From positions 1-37,089 of the forward strand of contig QNVF01000009.1 in assembly GCA_004347965.1 (NCBI GenBank): a stretch of 37,089 bases of DNA. The letters run 5' to 3'. The position numbers were made by a program, and so were the translations under genes. Shown here piece after piece: positions 29,395 through 37,089 of the stretch. The DNA is from Candidatus Nezhaarchaeota archaeon WYZ-LMO8 (GTDB taxonomy: Archaea > Thermoproteota > Methanomethylicia > Nezhaarchaeales > WYZ-LMO8). Position 1 is the stretch's first letter. Each line of letters opens with the position of its first letter. Below the pieces are notes generated by a model, which ran no database searches, was not told where the DNA came from, and saw only the letters and a list, made by a program, of their open reading frames with translations.

Positions 29395-31082
29395 ATGAAG
29401 TATATCTTCATTACGGGGGGTGTTTTATCAAGCGTAGGTAAGGGAGCAGTAACAGCTTCTATAGGCAAGATGCTCCAAGTCAGAGGTTTCTCAGTAACAG
29501 CAATAAAAATAGACCCATAGGCCTTATGGCCGGGTAAACATAAACGTTGATGCTGGAACAATGAACCCATAGGCTCTAGGCATACGCTTAGAGCCGGGCA
29601 TATATGCATGGTGAGGTCTTTGTAACAGAAGATGGTGGTGAGGTAGATCTTGATCTCGGTCATTATGAGCGCTTTCTCGATATAGAACTATCGAGGGACA
29701 ACAACATCACAACTGGTCAAGTGTACATGGCGGTGGTGGAGGCTGAGAGGAAGGGTAAGTACCTTGGCAAGTGTGTACAAATAATACCTCACGTAACTGA
29801 TGAAGTGAAGAGGAGGATACGATCCGTTGCTCAAAGAAGCAATGTAGATGTAACACTTGTGGAGTGTGGAGGTACGACAGGAGACATCGAAGGGCTTCCC
29901 TTCCTTGAAGCTATAAGGCAGATGAGGCTTGAGGAAGGCTTTTCAAACACGCTTTTCGTGCATGTTGCGTTAGTACCAATACTTGAAGTGACTGGAGAGT
30001 TCAAGACAAAGCCCCTTCAACATAGCGTGCAAGAGCTAAGGCGCATCGGTATACAGCCAGACATTATAGTGGCAAGGTGTAAACAGCAGCTTGATGAAGA
30101 TTCAAAAAAGAAGATAGCGCTTTATAGTAACGTCCCCGAGGAAGCGGTTTTCACATCTTACGACGTCGAATGCATATATGAACTGCCAATAGTACTAGAC
30201 GAACAGGGAATGGGCGACTACATATGTAAACGGTTAATGCTAAATGCTTCTAAAGCGAATTGGTCCTCATGGAGAGAGATAGTTAGAAGGCACAAGTTCT
30301 TTAGGTATGAAGTTGATGTCTGCATGTGTGGGAAGTACACAAAGTTAAAGGACTCCTACATAAGCATAATAGAAGCTCTAAAGCATGCAGGAGCTTTCCT
30401 TGAAACAAAGGTCAACATGATTTGGCTCGAAGCTACACAGCTTGAATGCGATAAGGGAATGCCTGAGGAGTATCAGAAGACTCTGAGCTATTGTGATGGC
30501 ATAGTGGTTCTACCAGGTTTCGGTGCACGAGGAGCTCAAGGAAAGATGACCGTCATCGAGTATGCTAGGAAGAACAAGATCCCGTTCTTGGGAATATGCT
30601 TTGGAATGCAATTAGCCGTTGTAGAGTTCGCAAGGAATGTGGTGGGTCTCAAAGATGCAAATACCACTGAGCTTGACCCTTCTACAAACCACCCAGTAGT
30701 AGACCTGCTGCCGGAGCAACACTATGTTAAGGAAATGGGAGGTACGATGAGACTGGGTGCTCAAGCTACTGTTCTTGAACCAGGGACGAAGGTCTATGAG
30801 CTCTATGGAAGACCTATAATATTTGAGAGACATAGACACAGGTATGAAGTAAACCCTGCTTACTGGTCATTGCTTCAGAGCTATGGTATGATTTTCTCAG
30901 GTTATAGCGTTGATAAGCGAAGAGTAGAATTCATAGAGCTCAAGGATCATCCATTTTTCATAGCTACTCAGGCACATCCAGAATTTAAGTCGAGACCTAA
31001 TAGACCGTCGCCTCTATACTACGGCTTCTTAAAGGCTTGTCTAGAGTACAAGCTAAAGAAGTCGATGGCCTCTAATAGCTAA
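29395..31082 (+). CDS. pyrG: CTP synthase, intron-split: join(29395..29518, 29538..29570, 29602..31082), 545 aa after splicing
   Basis: Exon 1 [17 protein letters not shown]...AIKIDP; exon 2 [11 protein letters not shown]; exon 3 [25 protein letters not shown]...GGTTGDIE...KTKP.QHS...GICFGMQ...ERHRHRYE...HPEF. Joined length is 1638 nt. The ORF track sees only 29604..31082. Confidence 0.94.
29519..29537 (+). other. 19-nt BHB-type intron 1 in pyrG mRNA (AGGCCUUAUGGCCGGGUAA)
   Basis: G-ACCC-AU|A-GGCC(UUAU)GGCC-GGGU-AA|A-C: perfect 4-bp helix ACCC/GGGU, two 3-nt bulges, 4-bp GC hairpin. Splicing gives GAC CCA UAC AUA AAC (D-P-Y-I-N). Confidence 0.9.
29571..29601 (+). other. 31-nt BHB-type intron 2 in pyrG mRNA (AGGCUCUAGGCAUACGCUUAGAGCCGGGCAU)
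   Basis: ACCC-AU|A-GGCUCUAGGC(AUAC)GCUUAGAGCC-GGGC-AU|A: 10-bp hairpin, central helix ACCC/GGGC with one A-C mismatch, AUA bulges. Splicing gives AAC CCA UAU AUG CAU (N-P-Y-M-H). Confidence 0.87.
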
Positions 31083-33583
31083 TACGAACCCTTGAGAGAA
31101 GAGTAAGCTCTCTCTATCCTGGTTATAAATCTTCTAGCTGCTTCCTCAGGGTTTGACGATCTTGTTATCGCTGAGCCAACAATTACTATCTTGCAACCTC
31201 TCTTAACTAGTTCATCCACGTGTTCGAGCCTTACACCACCTGCTACGGCTACTGGAACCTTTACGCTGTTCACTATTTCCTCTAAGAGCTCCATTTTCTT
31301 TGTCACATCTCTCTCCCTCATCTGCACACTTATACCCATATGGACGCAAATTATGTCGCATCCAAGTCTCTCTACTTCCTTTGCTCTAGATACGGGGTCC
31401 GGCACATTTATGAGGTCGCACATGATCTTGACGTTGTACTTTCGAGCAGCACCAACAGCGTCCTTGATAGTATAGTCATCAGTGGCGCCTAGCACTGTAA
31501 CTATGTCCGCTCCAGCTTCAGCAGCTAACTCAACTTCAAGCCAGCCAGTGTCAAACGTCTTTAAGTCGGCAACTATAGTAGCGTAGGGAAACCTTCTTCT
31601 AAACTCCCTTACTGCCTCTAAGCCAGCAGACTTTATGAGTGGTGTTCCAACTTCAAGAATCTCAGCTCCTCCTTTGTAGCATGCTTCAGCTATGCTTAGA
31701 CCATCCTTCAAGTATCTTTCATCTATCGCTACTTGAAGCTTAGGTCCTTTGTAAAGTGGTTCTAAGCCTAATTGCTGAAGTTTCTTGTCCATAGGTATTC
31801 CATTATAGTTCCAGCCTCTAATCATGTAGTAAGCGTCGAGCAGCCTCGTTAAATCAACTATTTCTCCTTTTGCAGCTCCTTCCTTCAATCCCTCGCTTAA
31901 GAACCTAGGAGGTAGAGTGTCGTGTGATCTATTGAACCCCTCCCTAACGTTAAACAGCCTTTCTAAGTTGTATATTCTCTCTCCTATCTTATAGAACTCT
32001 TCTTCATCAACGTAGAAACCTGTCGCCGTTGTTAATAGCCTTGCGTAATGCGTTGCCTCATAGGCTAATGTCGAGAATAAGGCGAGCATGGTGTACTTGC
32101 ACACCACTAAAGAGTCTATTACAGCTGAGACATCTTGCAATCTCTTAACGAGCTCGGCTTTACCTTCATAGGAGAGGGGGTCTATGTACCTTGGTATGCC
32201 CAGTATCTCACTCATCACTATGTAAGCTCTCAAGTGGCATCCCCCTCTATTGGATGTTGCGTAAGCCAAGGCCATGCCCTTTGCCCCTCGAGGATCGTAA
32301 GCCGGCAGCTCCAATCCTTTCACGTGAGCAGCTATACCCTCAGCACCTATCATCTTCGCTATTCGATCAACTCCCTCACTTGCAATTCTTCCTAGACCCC
32401 TCTTGCAGGCTGTGTCAACGATAAGCTTTAACAGTACGTCAGCATTACCAAAGCTTAGCTTTAAATTTACATCGCCAAGCCCTCTTAAAAGCCCCTTCTC
32501 ATAGCACTCCATTAAGAATCCTATAGTGTTTCCAATTGATATGGTGTCGAGACCTAGCTTGTTGCATAAGTCATTTGCTCGTGCTATGACGTTTATATCT
32601 GATATACCACAGTTAGGTCCCAAGGCCCATACGCTTTCATACTCAGGCCCTGAAGATACTACTTCCTCCTCTCCAACCTTGTATTTTATTGAGCGAGCGC
32701 AAGCTATCGGACATCCATAGCATGCGGTTCTTCTTACCAGCATGGTTTCAGTAATTCTCTCCCCACAAACCTCCTCTGCTTTATCGAAGAAACCTCGTGT
32801 AAAGTTATAGGATGGAAGAACTCCTGCCTTATTCATCAAGTGAACCAGAAACGCTGTGCCATAGCGTCCAAGGCTATCTCCAGTAATTGGGTTCCCTCTT
32901 AAGACCTCAAGTGTCTTCTTAACCTCTTCATTGAATGCTCTCGGGTTTGCAACCTTCACTTCACCGGTGCCCTTGACTGCTATGGCCTTTAACTTTTTAG
33001 AGCCCATGACTGCGCCCAAGCCGCCTCTACCAGCTGCTCTATGCTTATTGCTTATTATGCAAGCCATTCTAACCTGGTTCTCTCCAGCAGGACCTATGCA
33101 ACACACCTCGACCTTCTCAAGCCCCAACTCTCTTCTTATAGCATCCTCTGTAGCATCGGTTTCAAGTCCCCATATCTTGCTTGCATCTCGAATCTCAGCT
33201 TTACCGTCGTCGACCACCAAGTATACTGGGCTAGAGCTTCTACCTCTGATGATTATGCCGTCAAACCCAGCCTTCTTCAGTTCAGGTCCCCAGGATCCTC
33301 CACAGTTAGAGTCGAAGATCGTGTTAGTCAATGGAGACTTCGATGACACAACGAATCTACCTGATGCTGGAGCTCTAGTCCCTGTGAGCGGGCCGGTCAT
33401 AAATATTAGCACGTTATCCTCGCTCAGTGGATCAATACCCGGCTTTAAAGCGTCAAAGAGAAGCTTTGCTGAATACCCTCTACCGCCTATAAACTTCATT
33501 GCTACGTTCCAGTCGAGATCTACGACCGCTACGTCGCCTTTACTCAAGTCTACCTCTAGTATCCTGCCACTGTAACCACTCAA
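31079..33583 (-). CDS. Fusion: W/Mo aldehyde:ferredoxin oxidoreductase (aa ~1-613) + 3-hexulose-6-phosphate synthase-like TIM barrel (aa ~614-834)
   Basis: AOR motifs [70 protein letters not shown]. Then [51 protein letters not shown] (HPS/KGPDC family). Confidence 0.9.
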   Translation of the reverse strand: MSGYSGRILEVDLSKGDVAVVDLDWNVAMKFIGGRGYSAKLLFDALKPGIDPLSEDNVLIFMTGPLTGTRAPASGRFVVSSKSPLTNTIFDSNCGGSWGPELKKAGFDGIIIRGRSSSPVYLVVDDGKAEIRDASKIWGLETDATEDAIRRELGLEKVEVCCIGPAGENQVRMACIISNKHRAAGRGGLGAVMGSKKLKAIAVKGTGEVKVANPRAFNEEVKKTLEVLRGNPITGDSLGRYGTAFLVHLMNKAGVLPSYNFTRGFFDKAEEVCGERITETMLVRRTACYGCPIACARSIKYKVGEEEVVSSGPEYESVWALGPNCGISDINVIARANDLCNKLGLDTISIGNTIGFLMECYEKGLLRGLGDVNLKLSFGNADVLLKLIVDTACKRGLGRIASEGVDRIAKMIGAEGIAAHVKGLELPAYDPRGAKGMALAYATSNRGGCHLRAYIVMSEILGIPRYIDPLSYEGKAELVKRLQDVSAVIDSLVVCKYTMLALFSTLAYEATHYARLLTTATGFYVDEEEFYKIGERIYNLERLFNVREGFNRSHDTLPPRFLSEGLKEGAAKGEIVDLTRLLDAYYMIRGWNYNGIPMDKKLQQLGLEPLYKGPKLQVAIDERYLKDGLSIAEACYKGGAEILEVGTPLIKSAGLEAVREFRRRFPYATIVADLKTFDTGWLEVELAAEAGADIVTVLGATDDYTIKDAVGAARKYNVKIMCDLINVPDPVSRAKEVERLGCDIICVHMGISVQMRERDVTKKMELLEEIVNSVKVPVAVAGGVRLEHVDELVKRGCKIVIVGSAITRSSNPEEAARRFITRIERAYSSLKGSY

Positions 33584-33630
33584 ACCAGGTCCCTAGCGAC
33601 TTTTTATTTCTCCTTATTTTTAAAGTGTAA

Positions 33631-33936
33631 TTGAGGGTTTCTATCGTGAGGGTGAAAGTAGAGGTTTACGGGTCTCTGAGGAATGTGGTAGGCTGGAAGA
33701 GTGTGGAGATGGAGCTGAGCGAGGACTTTACGCTGGGACAACTACTTGATCTTCTTGTGGAGCAGAAGCCTGAGCTTAAGGAATTGATCTTTGAGGGCGA
33801 AAATTTAAGGGATTACTTAAAGGTGTTTGTAGATGGAAGAGATTGTAGGCTTTTAGGTGGTTTAAAAGCGAAACTTAAGGATGGCTCAACGATATCGATA
33901 TTTCCTCCAGCTGGTGGAGGCCTATTTGAAGCTTAG
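33631..33936 (+). CDS. MoaD/ThiS/SAMP ubiquitin-like sulfur carrier
   Basis: Beta-grasp pattern ending LKDG..ISIFPPAGGG-LFEA; divergent from the AOR gene. GTG at 33646 is a likely start. Confidence 0.9.
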   Translation: MRVSIVRVKVEVYGSLRNVVGWKSVEMELSEDFTLGQLLDLLVEQKPELKELIFEGENLRDYLKVFVDGRDCRLLGGLKAKLKDGSTISIFPPAGGGLFEA

Positions 33937-33941
33937 TTTAG

Positions 33942-34118
33942 TTATGGAATTCTCTCTTTTCTTCTTAAACTTAGGCATTGAGGATCAGGCTTCTCGCTAT
34001 GTCTCTTCGCATCACTTAAACCAACGAATATGGCTTCACAGTACTTGCACTTAAAAACTCTCCCAATGTTTCCCATGCGTATAAGGACTATATCTCTAGG
34101 TATGTCCTCACCGCCCAA
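33942..34118 (-). CDS. Small putative zinc-finger protein (58 aa, not in ORF track)
   Basis: Manual translation from TTG 34118: MGGEDIPRDIVLIRMGNIGRVFKCKYCEAIFVGLSDAKRHSEKPDPQCLSLRRKERIP*. Overlaps the tiaS stop and fills the gap to moaD. Confidence 0.65.
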   Translation of the reverse strand: MGGEDIPRDIVLIRMGNIGRVFKCKYCEAIFVGLSDAKRHSEKPDPQCLSLRRKERIP

Positions 34119-35454
34119 CCATTAGAACCCTCCTTAACTTCATCTCTTCGAGTTCGTAAACCCCCTTCTTCTCAAGACCGTACCTTCTAAAAGGCTTTGC
34201 TAGGTGTCTCATCGATCTTGGAGGAGGTAGGTATATTCCTTCGACTTCCTTCCTTGATATTCTTGAAGCAAGCTTAGTTGCTTCAGCAGTTTTAAATCCA
34301 CATCTGCTGCATTTATAGCCTCCTCCCCTTCCTAAGCTCTTCAATCTTTTTCGGCATCTAGGACACAACGGGTTCATCTCCATCACCTTCTCCCTTGCTC
34401 TCAGAATCATGAGCTTCTCAAGGTTTATGGAGAGGGCATCTAAGCCTAAGAGTCTTCTAGCTCCTCCATAGACCTCAACTTCATCGCCAACTTCAAGCTT
34501 CTCTGATGCTCGTCTCACATCACCTGATGGCTTGTATGCGACGCAGTACAGCTCCTCTACGCCATCAGATACTTTGAAGACCACGTGCCCCCCGCTTATG
34601 ACTTTAGGCTTCGATGCAACTTCACCCCTTAAGAGTATTGAGGAGTAGGGCTCTACCTCCCTTACTTTCTTAACTCTTAAGTAGTGGTAATCAGTGCCCT
34701 GATTGCTCCTAATAATCAAGTAGCCAATAGGCTTGCTGTACACCTTTAGGAGACTTGAAGCTTTGAGTAGAACTTGAGGGCTCTCTCCTCTTACGCCGTA
34801 GAGTACTGGATCAGGACCTCGAGGTGTTAGAAGTATTCTCCCAGTCTCTGGGTCGATGTTATTGAATGTGTAGGGCCAAGTCTCAAACTCCATGACCCAC
34901 ACGCTATTGTAGTCCAAGAGTCTCGTCTCCTCCTCACATCTGTAAGCTAAGATCTCGAAGGTGTAATCTCCCTCAGTGAGAGAACCTATAGCTGCTAGTG
35001 CACCTATGAGGCCCAGACCACTCCTGGTCTTAACTACTTTGACGTCGTGGCTTTGTGCTAGTTCTAAAGCTTCACGTAGGGCCACAACACGTCTCAAAGT
35101 TTTCTCATAGAAGTCTAAGAAGTCCTTGTGCAATTCTCCATGTAGTATGGCTATTGCTGGATCGCAGTCATGGTAACTTTGAGTATAGCTCTTAAGCATT
35201 AACGCTAGAAGTTCCTCGATCGATGAGATCACATTGCTTTGAGCCATTAACCTTAAGCACACAGCACCATTACCACGAGTCTTCCAAGGAATGTTGGGGT
35301 TCAACCTTGCTAGTATTGGATAGTCGAGTAACTTGACTTTATCATTAAAGCGCCTCATTATCTCCCTTAGAGCCTCAAACAAAAAGTGGGTTGTACATCC
35401 ACCACTTAAAGAGTCTACACTGTCAACACCTATGTGAAGTACATCGTAGGGCAA
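34108..35454 (-). CDS. tiaS: tRNA(Ile2) 2-agmatinylcytidine synthetase TiaS
   Basis: HIGVDS.DS..GGCTT, RLNPNIPWKTRGNGA, P.GPDPVLYGVRGE, SNQGTD.H, OB fold GGHV.F, Zn ribbon P.CP.C...KCSRCG, RHLAKP. Confidence 0.95.
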   Translation of the reverse strand: MPYDVLHIGVDSVDSLSGGCTTHFLFEALREIMRRFNDKVKLLDYPILARLNPNIPWKTRGNGAVCLRLMAQSNVISSIEELLALMLKSYTQSYHDCDPAIAILHGELHKDFLDFYEKTLRRVVALREALELAQSHDVKVVKTRSGLGLIGALAAIGSLTEGDYTFEILAYRCEEETRLLDYNSVWVMEFETWPYTFNNIDPETGRILLTPRGPDPVLYGVRGESPQVLLKASSLLKVYSKPIGYLIIRSNQGTDYHYLRVKKVREVEPYSSILLRGEVASKPKVISGGHVVFKVSDGVEELYCVAYKPSGDVRRASEKLEVGDEVEVYGGARRLLGLDALSINLEKLMILRAREKVMEMNPLCPRCRKRLKSLGRGGGYKCSRCGFKTAEATKLASRISRKEVEGIYLPPPRSMRHLAKPFRRYGLEKKGVYELEEMKLRRVLMVGR

Positions 35455-35490
35455 TTCTCAACCCCGAGCTCCTGGGGAACAAGTATATTC

Positions 35491-35502
35491 TAAGCTTAAA
35501 TA
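35491..35502 (+). promoter_or_regulatory. BRE/TATA promoter of RNase P RNA
   Basis: TAAG-CTTAAATA about 24 nt upstream of the predicted 5' end at 35526. Confidence 0.55.
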
Positions 35503-35525
35503 CCTGAAGTAGGTCCTCTTTATAC

Positions 35526-35831
35526 GAGGTGCCGGGAGAGGTCGGGTAACTCTCGGGTGCCTTAGCACCTGAGGAAAGTCCCCCTCCATCGGGGAGCGCG
35601 GCGCCGTAAGGTGTCAACCGAGAGGTTGGGGGTAAAGCCTAAGAAACGACACGTCCACTAGCACATGGCTATGATGGGCTTAAAACCTTGAGGACGCTAG
35701 TGGAATCGTTGAAACGTGGCGACCTCCGCGCGGAATAAGGCGTACCGTGATGAGGTCCCCGACGAGCGGTAAGCCGCATAGTCGAATGTTACCTAAACAG
35801 AAGGGGGATTACGAACCTCACCCGGCACCTC
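35526..35831 (+). ncRNA. rnpB: Archaeal RNase P RNA
   Basis: P1 GAGGTGCCGGG...CCCGGCACCTC; CR-I GAGGAAAGTCC (35571); AGAAAC and TGAAAC loops; CR-IV TAGTCGAATG; CR-V ACAGAAGGGGGATTA; K-turn-like TGATG/TGA elements. Confidence 0.95.
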
Positions 35832-35894
35832 ATTAGTTGTACATTGAACCTCTACGTTCTTCCTATTGAAGATACAGTCAACCTCATGTGACGT

Positions 35895-35906
35895 AAACAA
35901 TATATA
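35895..35906 (+). promoter_or_regulatory. Putative rRNA operon promoter
   Basis: AAAC-AATATATA about 23 nt before the GC-rich leader begins at ~35929. Confidence 0.55.
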
Positions 35907-35928
35907 GGGTCTAATCACTATTCCTTAT

Positions 35929-36129
35929 GCGCCACGGTGGCGGTGTCGAACGGACTATGAGGGGCTTCTCTCGCCCCTAGAATGAGAGTTCGACCTCCAG
36001 CCGTGGGATACTAGTGGGGATCCAAACAAACCGGGTTCCCTGTGGAGCTCGGATGTTTGGGTCCGACGTGGGGTGGCGAAGCCCGTCAGTAAAGATGAAC
36101 CCGCCATAAATCTTGCGGCCGTATCCTCG
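35929..36129 (+). other. Structured 5' external transcribed spacer of the rRNA operon
   Basis: Hairpins CGCCA/TGGCG, GTCGAAC...GTTCGAC enclosing GGGGC/GCCCC, GGGGATCC/GGGTTCCC and TCGGAT/GTCCGA. The partner strand of the 16S processing stem would lie outside the window. Confidence 0.6.

Positions 36130-37089
<960 letters not shown>

Noticed and set aside
29340..29663. 107-aa minus-strand ORF over the pyrG 5' end
   Set aside because: Antisense shadow of pyrG exons 1-3 with no recognisable motif.
22874..31082. purA and pyrG as pseudogenes, sequencing errors or programmed frameshifts
   Set aside because: The defects are discrete 17, 19 and 31-nt self-complementary inserts whose BHB-predicted removal restores invariant residues exactly, and the rest of both genes is intact. 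Frameshifting could not skip the extra bases and stops.
46..33575. Many ORF-track ORFs antisense to or nested in assigned genes (e.g. 46..309, 4904..5239, 20269..20805, 32931..33575)
   Set aside because: Shadow ORFs, mostly Ser/Leu/Thr-rich, lying over well-supported genes.
35941..36000. GTTCGA T-loop-like motif suggesting a tRNA
   Set aside because: No cloverleaf; GTTCGAC pairs with upstream GTCGAAC as a stem of the rRNA leader.

Overview
Compact core-genome window from a probably thermophilic archaeon of the TACK/Thermoproteota type (crenarchaeal-type 16S 5' end, rps30e, TFE-beta, Sm gene beside the archaeal SAM synthetase). It holds about 36 housekeeping genes for translation, RNA modification, transcription and nucleotide/cofactor metabolism, followed by the RNase P RNA gene and the first ~960 nt of a 16S rRNA gene. 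No CRISPR array, transposase or tRNA was seen. Main result: two nucleotide-biosynthesis genes that look broken in the ORF track are interrupted by tiny bulge-helix-bulge (BHB)-type introns. purA has one of 17 nt (23842-23858, - strand) and pyrG has two of 19 nt (29519-29537) and 31 nt (29571-29601) around a 33-nt micro-exon. Cutting each after the 2nd nucleotide of its two 3-nt bulges, the tRNA-splicing endonuclease rule, exactly restores the frame and the conserved motifs GDEGKGK and [18 protein letters not shown]. All three share A-GGY...GCC-[4 nt complementary to the exon]-AW termini, suggesting a family of mRNA micro-introns; splicing is inferred from sequence only. Second highlight: an aldehyde:ferredoxin oxidoreductase fused to a 3-hexulose-6-phosphate synthase domain.
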